IMG/VR virus record: IMGVR_UViG_3300044613_002297
Length of the DNA stretch: 20,000 bases
Reading direction: 5' to 3' (one strand)
From: an uncultured virus (IMG/VR IMGVR_UViG_3300044613_002297)
Taxonomy: Duplodnaviria > Heunggongvirae > Uroviricota > Caudoviricetes
In this document: in pieces, positions 6,159-14,926 of the stretch
Layout: each line of letters opens with the position of its first letter
Numbering within the stretch: the first letter of the stretch is position 1
Made by a program: the position numbers and the translations under genes
The notes under the pieces: generated by a model
Told to the model about the DNA's origin: nothing
The model's input: only the letters and a program-made list of their open reading frames with translations
The model's database searches: none

Positions 6159-6724
6159 GCTATGAGTTCACGCACGATTGGTTCTCGATGCGTACGAACG
6201 CATGGCGTGAGCACGTGTTGCCACGCCTGCCGCACCCGCGCCGCTGGCTGGAAATCGGCTCGCACGAGGGCCGCTCGGCGTGTTGGATGCTCGATGAGGC
6301 GCTGAAGCCCGGCGACACGATCACGTGCGTCGATACGTGGGGCGGCCCCTTCGACGGGTACTCGGCTGAGAATCCCGAGGCGCGGTTCGACGCGAACGTC
6401 GCGGGTCGTGCCGAGAAGTTTCGCGGACGCTCGCACGTGTTCCTCGCCCGCGCTCTCGCCGAGCATCGGCTCTTCGATGGCATCTACATCGACGGCGGGC
6501 ACGAGGGCCGCACGGTGCTAGAAGACACGGTGCTCGCGTGGCGGCTGCTCAAGGTCGGTTCTGTCATCGTCTGGGACGACTACGAATGGCGTGACCCGCA
6601 TCCGCACCGGCAGCACCTGCCGACGCCGAAGCCTGCGATCGATGCGTTCCTCGCGCTCTACGGTCAATACCTCGACGTGCTGCACCGTGAGTGGCAAGTC
6701 ATCGCCGTGAAGCGGGGCGAGTGA
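6155..6724 (+). CDS. Class I SAM-dependent methyltransferase (Methyltransf_24-like)
   Basis: FTHDWFS, LEIGSHEGRSACW, CVDTW, FDGIYIDGGH, LLKVGSVIVWDDYEW. Confidence 0.88.
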   Translation: MSYEFTHDWFSMRTNAWREHVLPRLPHPRRWLEIGSHEGRSACWMLDEALKPGDTITCVDTWGGPFDGYSAENPEARFDANVAGRAEKFRGRSHVFLARALAEHRLFDGIYIDGGHEGRTVLEDTVLAWRLLKVGSVIVWDDYEWRDPHPHRQHLPTPKPAIDAFLALYGQYLDVLHREWQVIAVKRGE

Positions 6725-7330
6725 ATGGACATCTACGCGATCACGACCAGCGTCAACTACGCGGACTACCTGTCGATTTGTCTCAACTGCCTCGCCGGGC
6801 AGGTATCCGGCGTCTGCGTTGTCACCGAGGCGAATGACGCGAGCGTGGACGTGGCGCAGCGATTCGAGGCGACGCCGCTGATCTATGACGGGTGGCACGC
6901 TGACGGCGCTGCGTTCAATAAAGCGGGCGCGATCCGGTTCGCACAGGAGCACCTACACGCCGCGTACCCGGATGCGTGGTATCTGCTGATCGACGCCGAC
7001 GTGATGGTCCCGACGAACGCTCGCGAGATCATCGAGCAGGACGCGACGAATCCCGAGACGCTCTACGGTGCGCGGCGGGTCGATTTCCACACGCCCGAGC
7101 GGCTCATGGAGGGCAAGCCGAACAAGGCATACGCCTCGATGTTCGCCGGATTCTTTCAGCTCTACCGGCGGCACGTGCTGTACCCGGAGTGGTCACGCAC
7201 GGCCGAGCTCTGTGACCTGTCGTTCGCGAAGCAGTTCGCGTCGTGCGTCGTGCTGCCGATGACGGTCGGTCACTGCGGCGTCGAGGCGGTCAACTGGGAG
7301 GGGCGGCGATCGCCGCTCTGGAAATGCTGA
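6725..7330 (+). CDS. GT-A fold glycosyltransferase
   Basis: TSVNYADYL, FNKAGAI, WYLLIDADVMVP (DxD), LYGARR, GFFQLY, NWEGR. Confidence 0.75.
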   Translation: MDIYAITTSVNYADYLSICLNCLAGQVSGVCVVTEANDASVDVAQRFEATPLIYDGWHADGAAFNKAGAIRFAQEHLHAAYPDAWYLLIDADVMVPTNAREIIEQDATNPETLYGARRVDFHTPERLMEGKPNKAYASMFAGFFQLYRRHVLYPEWSRTAELCDLSFAKQFASCVVLPMTVGHCGVEAVNWEGRRSPLWKC

Positions 7331-8097
7331 CGCTCTTCACGCTCGTCTTGAACGGGCAGCCGTACATCGAGCAGCACCTCGCGACGCTGCGCCAGCTCAC
7401 GATCCCGTGGCAGTGGCGGATCGTCGAGGGCGTCGCGGCACCGACGCACTGCACCGCGTGGTGCCAGACGATGCCCGACAAGTGGCACCGGGACTTCGTC
7501 AGCGTGGACGGGACGCACGAGTACGTGCGAGCAGTAAACAACACGCCGAACGTCACCTGCTCGTGGAGGCACTCACCGTGGGACGGCAAGATCGCGATGA
7601 TCGCTCGCGCCCTCGAAGGCGTCGAGGGCGGCGTCGTCATGCAGGTTGACAGCGACGAGCTCTGGCAGGCGTGGCAGTTGGAGCGGATCTACTGGCTGAT
7701 GCTCCAGCAACCGGTGGCGACGGCCGCACGGTTCGCGTGTCGTTACTGGGTCGGACCGTCGAAGCTCCTGACGAGCACGGCGGGATGGGCACGCGGCGAC
7801 CTTGAGTGGCTGCGAGCGTGGCGTTGGGGACCGGGCATGCGGTTCCTCCGACACGAGCCGCCGATCGTTACCGGGTTTGACCGGTGTGTGAGCATCGAAA
7901 GCACCGAAGCGGCGGGGCTCGTGTTCGATCACTACGCGTACGTGACCGAGCAGCAGATCGCGATGAAGCAGGACTACTACGGGTACACGGGACTGACCGA
8001 GGCGTGGCATCGGCTCCAGGCGACGCCGGGGCCGGTGAACCTCCAAGAGTTCTTCCCGTTTGCGATCGGTGCGACGGCGGATGACGTGGGGATATGA
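7324..8097 (+). CDS. GT2-like glycosyltransferase
   Basis: MLTLFTLVLNGQPYI, IVEG, SVDGTHEY, MQVDSDELW (DxD), FDHYAYV. Confidence 0.75.
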   Translation: MLTLFTLVLNGQPYIEQHLATLRQLTIPWQWRIVEGVAAPTHCTAWCQTMPDKWHRDFVSVDGTHEYVRAVNNTPNVTCSWRHSPWDGKIAMIARALEGVEGGVVMQVDSDELWQAWQLERIYWLMLQQPVATAARFACRYWVGPSKLLTSTAGWARGDLEWLRAWRWGPGMRFLRHEPPIVTGFDRCVSIESTEAAGLVFDHYAYVTEQQIAMKQDYYGYTGLTEAWHRLQATPGPVNLQEFFPFAIGATADDVGI

Positions 8098-8100
8098 CGC

Positions 8101-8367
8101 ATGGTTGCTCAAGCGATCGACAATCGGCGACACGCAGCGGATGTCTACGGCACGCCAGATGGTCGGCGGTGGGTGCAGCAGGAGGACTACGAAGCACTCA
8201 TGGCGAAAGCGACCGTGAGCTTTGATGAATGGGAGGCGATGGAAGGTATCGCTAACGTGATAAAGCGTCTCTTGGAAATTCAAAACGGACTGACAAACGA
8301 AGAGCTTGCGACCGTAGGTAGGTGGCTGGAGGCGTGGCGCGCAATGCTGAACAGGCTCAACTCGTGA
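8101..8367 (+). CDS. Hypothetical protein
   Basis: Fills the gap between GT genes; GTGA overlap with the next gene; visibly more A/T-rich than neighbours. Confidence 0.55.
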   Translation: MVAQAIDNRRHAADVYGTPDGRRWVQQEDYEALMAKATVSFDEWEAMEGIANVIKRLLEIQNGLTNEELATVGRWLEAWRAMLNRLNS

Positions 8368-9236
8368 CGACCTTCACCATCACCGCCGCCGACTTCGAGG
8401 CTCACCGCCCCGACGTGTTGCTCCCGCCTGACGAGGAGTTCGCGGAGCAGTACGCCGCCGACGTTCGCATCGGTCGCGAGCTCGCCGCTGAGCGGACGGT
8501 GGCCCTGGTTGCCATCGCTCGCAATGCCATGCCCTGGCTCCCGCAGACGCTCGGGCTCGTAGAGGAGACGGGTGCGATGTTCCGCTCGTGGTCGGCGTAC
8601 ATCTTCGAGAACGACTCGGAAGACGAGACAAAGGACGTGCTCGCGGCATGGGCCGACGGCACGCAGCGGCAGGTCTCGCTCAACGTCAACCATCGGCCGC
8701 ACCTCTCGCACACGATCGCCACCGAGCGGACGACCGCGCTCGCGGAGTACCGCACGCAGTGCCAGTGGTGGGTGAGGAACGGCGAGCCGTGCGACTATGT
8801 CGTGGTCTTTGATTCCGACAGTTGGGGCGGGTGGAGCGTCAATGGATTGCTCACGAGCGTGGCGCATATCGAGCGAGGCGATTGGTGGGGGCTGGCTTCG
8901 CACTCCTGGTGCGAACTCAGTACGCCGCACGGGGCATTCCCGGCCGGATACGATGCGTGGGCTTGCCGGTGGACATGGTGGAACCAGCGGTCTCACGATT
9001 GGTTTCATCACCTGCACTTGCCTGTCGGCTCTCTCCCGGTCGAGATGAACTCAGCATTCGGGCAGCTCGCCCTCTACCGCTCGGACGCCTACCTTCGTGG
9101 GCGATACTCGGGCGAGACGTGCGAGCACGTTCCATACCACAAGTCGATCGCCGAACATGCCGACACGCGAGGTCGATTTGGGCTGAACCCTTCGAGTCGC
9201 GTTGTGAGTTTCTGGGTTCCGCGTGAACGCTTGTGA
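8364..9236 (+). CDS. Glycosyltransferase, CAP59/GT69-like GT-A
   Basis: GTG 8364; VALVAIARN, YIFENDSEDET, LAEYR, DYVVVFDSD, VEMNSAFGQLALYR, CEHVPYH, LNP. Confidence 0.75.
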   Translation: MTTFTITAADFEAHRPDVLLPPDEEFAEQYAADVRIGRELAAERTVALVAIARNAMPWLPQTLGLVEETGAMFRSWSAYIFENDSEDETKDVLAAWADGTQRQVSLNVNHRPHLSHTIATERTTALAEYRTQCQWWVRNGEPCDYVVVFDSDSWGGWSVNGLLTSVAHIERGDWWGLASHSWCELSTPHGAFPAGYDAWACRWTWWNQRSHDWFHHLHLPVGSLPVEMNSAFGQLALYRSDAYLRGRYSGETCEHVPYHKSIAEHADTRGRFGLNPSSRVVSFWVPRERL

Positions 9237-9259
9237 TCCGGCTGTAGAGGGGGTACACT
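9231..9259 (+). promoter_or_regulatory. Sigma70-like promoter upstream of HNH gene
   Basis: TTGTGA (9231-9236) - 17 bp - TACACT (9254-9259), at the start of a ~100-bp non-coding gap. Confidence 0.5.
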
Positions 9260-9334
9260 AAGCGAAACGGCGACGGGGTATCAGCCCGCCGCCGCCTCTA
9301 ACCAACGTCCCCTACTGACATAGGAGAGATGGCT

Positions 9335-10096
9335 ATGGCTGACTCTACACAGCCGGGCGAAGAAGGAAAGGACATCCAGAACGCTAAGGCAAAAAAGCGA
9401 GAGTCAGACAGGAAGTACTACCTCGCAAACCGCGACGCAATCCTTCGCAAGTGCAAGGAGTACCGCGAGCGACACAGGCAAGAGTACCTAGTCAGTAACA
9501 AACGGTACTACGAGTCGAATAAGGCTGCGTTCTCGCAACGGAGCAAATCGCCAGAAGGGCGCGTCGTTCAAAAAAGGTATCGCGAAAACAACAAAGAAAA
9601 ACTCAGGGACAGGCATCGCGAGTGGAGGCAAGGCAATCGTGAGCATCTCAGGGCGTACAAGAAGCGACGCCGTCAGGAAAACCCGCATTTAGCACTGATC
9701 AACAGAATCCGCTGCCGTACGTGGGGTGCGATAAAAACAGCAAATGCTCGCAAGAGCGCGCGAACCTTGGAGCTAGTGGGGTGCACCGCGAAAGAGCTTG
9801 CTGAGTGGATCGAATCCAAGTTCACTGATGGCATGTGCTGGGCGAGAATTGGAGAGATACACGTAGACCACTTGATTCCTCTGTCTGCGTTTGATCTCTC
9901 CGATCCAGAGCAGCAGGCGGTTGCCTTTCACTTCACAAACCTTCGGCCAATGTGGGATATAGAGAACTTGAGAAAGAGCGATCGGATCTTTGGCCAGCAA
10001 TGCTTCGGATTTGCTTACGCCGATAGGATCGCCGAGGCCGCATCGGCGAAACCCAAGAGACGACGCAAGCGTGGCGGGCGACACGGCGACCATTGA
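9335..10096 (+). CDS. Free-standing HNH-type (homing-like) endonuclease
   Basis: AGGAG SD at 9322 (alternative ATG 9329). K/R/Y-rich repeated N-terminus, then LVGCT..ELAEWIESKFTDGMCW...IHVDHLIPLSAFDL...HFTNLRPMWDIENLRKS; A-rich composition unlike flanks. Confidence 0.85.
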   Translation: MADSTQPGEEGKDIQNAKAKKRESDRKYYLANRDAILRKCKEYRERHRQEYLVSNKRYYESNKAAFSQRSKSPEGRVVQKRYRENNKEKLRDRHREWRQGNREHLRAYKKRRRQENPHLALINRIRCRTWGAIKTANARKSARTLELVGCTAKELAEWIESKFTDGMCWARIGEIHVDHLIPLSAFDLSDPEQQAVAFHFTNLRPMWDIENLRKSDRIFGQQCFGFAYADRIAEAASAKPKRRRKRGGRHGDH

Positions 10097-10466
10097 CGTT
10101 GCATTCCTGCGTGAGCAATGGGCGTCGCACATCCCCATCTCGCAGATTTGCACGAACTTCACCATCACTCGTGACCAAGTCACGCGGCTGAAGTTCGTAT
10201 ATGACCTGCCTCCCCGCCACGATCGATCGCTCCGCTACAAGCCGCCCCGTGATCCCGGCCCCGATGACGAGGAGGAGCGGGCGAGCCGCGAGAGCCTGTC
10301 GCTAGCTCCGCAGATCGCCGCCCGTGCGACGTGCGTGCAAGCGCTCTGGACCGAGCAGCAACGCCTCGATCGCACGATGGCGACGACGCCGAGCGAGGGG
10401 ATGCTCAGGTGGATCAAGGCGAAGGACATCGTCCAGAGGTTCGCCAAGGACGAACTGCAAGGCTAG
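10071..10466 (+). CDS. GcrA-like HTH protein, paralog of 2666..3010
   Basis: GTG 10071; IDVAFLREQWASHIPISQICTNFTITRDQVTRLKFVYDLPPR aligns by eye with the 2666 ORF, as does the C-terminal L.L....RA......W.E..R..R motif. Confidence 0.6.
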   Translation: MAGDTATIDVAFLREQWASHIPISQICTNFTITRDQVTRLKFVYDLPPRHDRSLRYKPPRDPGPDDEEERASRESLSLAPQIAARATCVQALWTEQQRLDRTMATTPSEGMLRWIKAKDIVQRFAKDELQG

Positions 10467-10485
10467 GGGGGCGCGGTGGCAGACT
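10453..10485 (+). promoter_or_regulatory. Putative phage promoter, class A, copy 2
   Basis: AACTGCAAG 10453-10461, N14, GTGG, CAGACT 10480-10485; heads the membrane/peptidase/tail gene run. Confidence 0.6.
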
Positions 10486-10510
10486 CGTGGAATCCCCCGG
10501 AGATCGTGCT

Positions 10511-10816
10511 ATGGACGCCCGCGAGCTCGGTGCCACGCCCGACGAGATCACGCAGTACGGCGCGACGCTGTCGTTCTGGGACGCACTGCGCCTGCTCCAG
10601 AAGTATTCGCCGGTCGTGAACTACGCCCGTGCGTTCGTCTCGGAGATCGACCCGTACAAGAAGGGGCTCGTCGTCGCCGATGCGTGCGAGTGGATCGCTC
10701 AGCAGACCGACGCGCGGCTTGACGACGAGCTCGTGAGGCACGTCGCGGCGGTGCTGAAGACTGCCGAGGGCGAGGCGCTCGTCCGGTTCTGCCTGTTCCA
10801 GGTCGGGGTGAAGTGA
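10511..10816 (+). CDS. Hypothetical protein
   Basis: ATG 10511 after GGAG; MDARELGATPDEITQYG...; codon usage typical of the window. Confidence 0.7.
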   Translation: MDARELGATPDEITQYGATLSFWDALRLLQKYSPVVNYARAFVSEIDPYKKGLVVADACEWIAQQTDARLDDELVRHVAAVLKTAEGEALVRFCLFQVGVK

Positions 10817-10817
10817 G

Positions 10818-11420
10818 ATGGGGACCGATGCACTCCTACGCATCCTCGCCGTCGCTGCTGCGGTTGCTCTGCTCGCTGCGCCGTACGCATGGCAAATCCG
10901 CGCTGCGGCCGCCGCAGCCGCCGAAGCCGTCAGGCAGCACAGCGGGATCATCGGGCGTCTGATCGCCGCGAGCCTGCTCATCGCGGCAGCGTGGGGCAAG
11001 GTGCCGATGCCGACGCTGCCGACGCCCGAGGCCCAGGTCGTGATCGAGGTCGAGGAGCCCACGCCGGAACTACGGCGGCTCGTCGAACCCGTCAGGGCCG
11101 CCCTCGCGTCGGCGTCGATGCGTGACCGTGCGATCTGGGCTGAGACGTGGATGAAGTCAGGCGTCGTCGTCGCGGCCGACAACGTCCACTCGACGCCCGT
11201 ACTCGCGGACGTGCGGGCTCTGCGTGCGTTCCAGGTCGTCGCTCTCGACGTGGCGTGGCGTCGCATCGCTGGCGTCGCGCCCGGCCGGTATCCGGGGCTC
11301 AAGGACGGCGTCGAGGCTGCGTTCGCCGAGGTGCTCGGTCTCGATGACGTGACGGTCGATGCGTCGCTGCGTGAGCGGTACGTGGCTCTCGTGCGTGCTC
11401 TGGCGTGGGCTGCGAGGTGA
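10818..11420 (+). CDS. Membrane-anchored hypothetical protein
   Basis: Two hydrophobic segments (LLRILAVAAAVALLAAPY; IIGRLIAASLLIAAAW), a Pro-rich linker and a helical domain. Confidence 0.7.
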   Translation: MGTDALLRILAVAAAVALLAAPYAWQIRAAAAAAAEAVRQHSGIIGRLIAASLLIAAAWGKVPMPTLPTPEAQVVIEVEEPTPELRRLVEPVRAALASASMRDRAIWAETWMKSGVVVAADNVHSTPVLADVRALRAFQVVALDVAWRRIAGVAPGRYPGLKDGVEAAFAEVLGLDDVTVDASLRERYVALVRALAWAAR

Positions 11421-11423
11421 CCC

Positions 11424-12356
11424 GTGGCACTCGACGCTCACGCATTCGGGTACGATCCCGATCCGGTTGGTGCCGAGGCGTTCGCCTCGACGCTTCCGCG
11501 TCCGACGCTCGCCCAGGCGGGGCCGGATCTCGTCGTTGACGGCAAGACCGAGACGCACCTCTGGCCCGCCCTGCTCCAGTGCTCGCCCGGCTGGAAGCGT
11601 GGCTCGCAGGGAATGGTGGGCTCGTGCGTCGGCTGGGGCGCGAGCCTCGCGGTGGATCTCACGAGCGCGTGCGACATCGTCTACCGACGCGAGCCCGAGG
11701 TCTGGCGTGGCCGCACGATCGAAAGTTCTCTGTACGGGTTCTCTCGCGTCGAGGCTCGCGGCAAGACCGTGAACAACGGCGGCGACGGGTCTACGGGATT
11801 CCATGCTGCGAAGGCGATCCGCGAGTTCGGGTGCCTGCACTACGGCGTCGAGTACGGCTCGGTCGTCATCGCCGAGAGCGGCAAGCAAGATCGCGATCGC
11901 TCGTGGGGAAGAAACGGCGTACCGAATGAGCTCGAGCCCTACGCCCGCGAGCGGCGGTGCTCCGAGGTGACGCTCACCGTGGACTTCGAGCAGGCGGCAG
12001 CGGCGATCCAGAATGGCTACCCGGTCGTGGTGTGCAGCGGTCAAGGGTTCTCGATGTCCCGCGATGCCGACGGGTTCTGCAAGCCAGGCGGGACGTGGTG
12101 GCACTGTATGTGCCTGGCTGCGGTGAGGTGGGGCAAGCGTCCCGGTCTGCTCTGCCTCAACTCGTGGGGCGACTCGAACACCGTCGGCAAGCACTACCCG
12201 GAGAACATGCCGACGGCGGTGCGGAATTGCTCGTTCTACGTCGATGCCGAGGTCTGCACCCGGATGCTCTCTGGTCGCGACTCCTACGTCTACGCCGGAT
12301 ACAGCGGGTTCCGCCGCACGCAGATCCCCAACTGGACCGGAGACATCCTCGGATGA
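11424..12356 (+). CDS. Papain-like cysteine peptidase (C1 family)
   Basis: QGMVGSCVGW (oxyanion Q and catalytic C), WWHCMC (H), LNSWG (N). Confidence 0.85.
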   Translation: MALDAHAFGYDPDPVGAEAFASTLPRPTLAQAGPDLVVDGKTETHLWPALLQCSPGWKRGSQGMVGSCVGWGASLAVDLTSACDIVYRREPEVWRGRTIESSLYGFSRVEARGKTVNNGGDGSTGFHAAKAIREFGCLHYGVEYGSVVIAESGKQDRDRSWGRNGVPNELEPYARERRCSEVTLTVDFEQAAAAIQNGYPVVVCSGQGFSMSRDADGFCKPGGTWWHCMCLAAVRWGKRPGLLCLNSWGDSNTVGKHYPENMPTAVRNCSFYVDAEVCTRMLSGRDSYVYAGYSGFRRTQIPNWTGDILG

Positions 12357-12607
12357 GATCGCTCGTCGCTTTTGCCATCGTGCTCGTGGGCTGCGTGGCG
12401 TCACTGCCGCGTGACGATGCCGCGATCACTGCGGACCTCGCAGCCGAGACGGCACGCGAGGTGATCCGCCTGCGTCACGAGGTCGCACCGACGCCGGTGC
12501 CGCCAGCGCCGGGCGGCAAGTGCCAGAACTGCGACGGGCGTGGGTACGTCGGTGACGGGAGGGTTCGTGTCCCGTGTCAGCCGTGCGGTGGAGACGGAGT
12601 CCTATGA
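12353..12607 (+). CDS. Putative lipoprotein with DnaJ-type zinc finger
   Basis: MRSLVAFAIVLVGC (lipobox-like); CQNCDGRG...CQPCGGDG (two CxxCxGxG motifs). Confidence 0.7.
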   Translation: MRSLVAFAIVLVGCVASLPRDDAAITADLAAETAREVIRLRHEVAPTPVPPAPGGKCQNCDGRGYVGDGRVRVPCQPCGGDGVL

Positions 12608-12963
12608 CCCGCGACGAGCTCTACGAGCACGTGTGGAAGCGACTCCCCATGCGAAAGTACATGGTAGGGAGAGAGACCGTTCACGACCTGACGACGCTGG
12701 CGATCGAGAACTGGGAGGCCGAGTACCTCGGCCACGCCGAGAGCGAGGAGGGCCGCGATATCGTCGCGATGTCGATCGCCGGGAAGGTGAAGCGAGCACA
12801 CCAGTGGCAGAGCGGTCGCGAGCCGCAGGAGTACGGCTTTTTCTGGACGCTGATGCTCGGTGCGATCGTCAATGCGATCGTGCAGATCATCGTGAAGTGG
12901 TGGCTCGAACGTCAGGTGAACCGCGTGCTGATGGTGGCGTGGCAGCAGGAGTTGACTCGATGA
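12604..12963 (+). CDS. Hypothetical membrane protein
   Basis: ATGA-coupled; hydrophobic YGFFWTLMLGAIVNAIVQIIVKWW. Confidence 0.7.
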   Translation: MTRDELYEHVWKRLPMRKYMVGRETVHDLTTLAIENWEAEYLGHAESEEGRDIVAMSIAGKVKRAHQWQSGREPQEYGFFWTLMLGAIVNAIVQIIVKWWLERQVNRVLMVAWQQELTR

Positions 12964-13229
12964 CCCACGAGCAAGTGCAAAGCACCTTCCTCTCGATGCT
13001 GAAGGACTACGGTTTTGCGACCGTCGTGGCGCTCGCCTGCCTCTACGTCGGGAGACAGGACGTTCTGCTACCTCTCGTGAAGGCGCACACGCAGTTCTTG
13101 GAAAAGCTCGCTCAGACGCAGATCGAGATCGCCTCGGCGGTGCAGGAGCAGACCCGCCTGCTCTATGCCTTGCAGCCGGGCGCACGCGAGACGCAGTACA
13201 AGGTTTCTGCCCCGGTGCAGGAGAAGTGA
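12960..13229 (+). CDS. Holin-like small membrane protein (single TM plus coiled coil)
   Basis: DYGFATVVALACLYV transmembrane segment followed by an amphipathic helix, BhlA-like layout; function is inferred. Confidence 0.5.
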   Translation: MTHEQVQSTFLSMLKDYGFATVVALACLYVGRQDVLLPLVKAHTQFLEKLAQTQIEIASAVQEQTRLLYALQPGARETQYKVSAPVQEK

Positions 13230-13230
13230 C

Positions 13231-13566
13231 ATGGCAGAGTTTTCCCTGCTTCCAGGTCAGCTTGCGTTGAAGACTCGCCAGGGAGACGAGTTCAGCGCTA
13301 CCGTCACGCTCTCGCAGGGCACGGCGGCGTTCAGCCTGACCGGATACACGGTCACGGCAGGCATCACGTCGCTCGTGGACGGCACCAGCGTGGACGACTT
13401 TACCTGCTCGGTTGTCTCGGCGACTGCGGGCACGGTGTCGATCTCGCTCCAAGAGAACGAGACCTCGGCGCTTGCATCCGGTTCGTATGCTTGGTCGCTG
13501 CGGTGGATCGCGCCCGGCGCGGTCACTCGCACCGCACTATCCGGCGTACTGGAGGTGACGCGGTGA
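13231..13566 (+). CDS. Putative tail/baseplate adaptor protein (BppU-N-like)
   Basis: RQGDEFSATV...SLTGYTVTA...AGTVSISL...TSAL..GSY.WSL...TRTALSGVLEV is a pattern typical of phage tail-adaptor domains. Confidence 0.6.
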   Translation: MAEFSLLPGQLALKTRQGDEFSATVTLSQGTAAFSLTGYTVTAGITSLVDGTSVDDFTCSVVSATAGTVSISLQENETSALASGSYAWSLRWIAPGAVTRTALSGVLEVTR

Positions 13567-13844
13567 GCATCACGGCGAGCGTCTCGGGATCACCGATCAC
13601 GGCAAGCGTGACCGAAAGCGGCGCGAGCGTCGCAGTGTCGCCCGTGGCGATCTCCGCGACCGTGCTCGCGGGCATCGGGCCGCAGGGACCGGCGGGCGCT
13701 GGCGGCGATGTCGGATCATCGACGCTCGCCGGGCTCACTGATGTGCAGATCACCGCTGCCGCCGAGGGTGATGTCCTTCGATACAACGGCTCGAAGTGGG
13801 CCGACTACGCCGAGATTCAACTCACCGATGGAGGGAATTTCTAG
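13563..13844 (+). CDS. Short tail-fibre-associated protein (collagen-like GPQGPAG)
   Basis: GIGPQGPAG; LAGLTDVQIT...GDVLRYNGSKW fibre motif; ends DGGNF. Confidence 0.65.
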   Translation: MSITASVSGSPITASVTESGASVAVSPVAISATVLAGIGPQGPAGAGGDVGSSTLAGLTDVQITAAAEGDVLRYNGSKWADYAEIQLTDGGNF

Positions 13845-13846
13845 TC

Positions 13847-14923
13847 ATGCCGAACGTCATCAGAATCAAGCGTCGCGCGTCATCCGGTGGCGCAGGAGCG
13901 CCGAGCTCGCTCGCCAACGCGGAGCTCGCGTTCAATGAAAACAGCTCGATACTTTACTATGGCACAGGCACCGGCGGTGCTGGCGGCTCGGCCACGAGCG
14001 TCATCGCGATCGGTGGCTCGGGTGCGTTCGTGTCGATCACCGAGGTCCGCGCTGCGAACACGGTCCTCGCTGGTCCGACGAGCGGTGCCGCCGCTGCACC
14101 GACGTTCCGGGCGCTGACTGCCGACGACATCCCGTCACTGTCGGGCGTGTACATCCCGATGACCGGCACGGCGACGCCGACCGGCACGTACACGTTTTCG
14201 GGGACGGTCAACGTCACGGGCACGTTTCAGGTCGGTTCGACGACCGTCACGTCGAGCGCCGCCGAATTGAACCTCGTGGACGGCTCGATCGCGAACACGG
14301 TCGTGAACTCGAAGGCTGTCATCTACGGCTCGGCCGGGCAGATCGCAGCGACGACGATCACGACCAGCGGCAACGCGACGGTCGGCGGCGATCTGACGGT
14401 GACCGGCAACCTCACGGTCAACGGCACGGTCACGACGGTCAACTCGACGACCGTCACGGTGGACGACAAGAACATCGAGCTCGGCTCGGTCTACTCGCCG
14501 ACGGACACGACCGCCGACGGTGGCGGCATCACGCTCAAGGGCTCAACCGATAAGACGATTCTTTGGGTCAACGCCACCGACTCGTGGACATACAACCAGA
14601 ACATCGAGCTCGCCGCCACCTACGCCTACCGCATCGACGGCGTGTCGGTTCTGAGCAAGACCACGCTGGGCTCCACGGTCGTTTCGTCATCGCTCACGAG
14701 CGTCGGCACGATCGGCACGGGCGTCTGGCAAGGCACGGCGGTTGGTGTCGCCTACGGCGGCACGGGGCTGACGAGCGTGGCGAAGGGGACGGTGCTCGTG
14801 GCGAACGACACGAACACGATCACCGCGCTTGACGGCGGCGGTACGAACGATGGACTCCTCGCCTACACGGCATCGAGCGACACGATCGCCTGGGCGACGA
14901 GCATCGACGGCGGGACGTTCTGA
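13847..14923 (+). CDS. Tail fibre protein
   Basis: N-terminal IRIKRR...APSSLANAELAFNE; APTFRALTADDIP; GDLTVTGNLTVNGTVTTVNSTTVTVDDKNIELG; SSLTSVGTI; VAYGGTG; ends IDGGTF. Confidence 0.85.
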   Translation: MPNVIRIKRRASSGGAGAPSSLANAELAFNENSSILYYGTGTGGAGGSATSVIAIGGSGAFVSITEVRAANTVLAGPTSGAAAAPTFRALTADDIPSLSGVYIPMTGTATPTGTYTFSGTVNVTGTFQVGSTTVTSSAAELNLVDGSIANTVVNSKAVIYGSAGQIAATTITTSGNATVGGDLTVTGNLTVNGTVTTVNSTTVTVDDKNIELGSVYSPTDTTADGGGITLKGSTDKTILWVNATDSWTYNQNIELAATYAYRIDGVSVLSKTTLGSTVVSSSLTSVGTIGTGVWQGTAVGVAYGGTGLTSVAKGTVLVANDTNTITALDGGGTNDGLLAYTASSDTIAWATSIDGGTF

Positions 14924-14926
14924 CGT

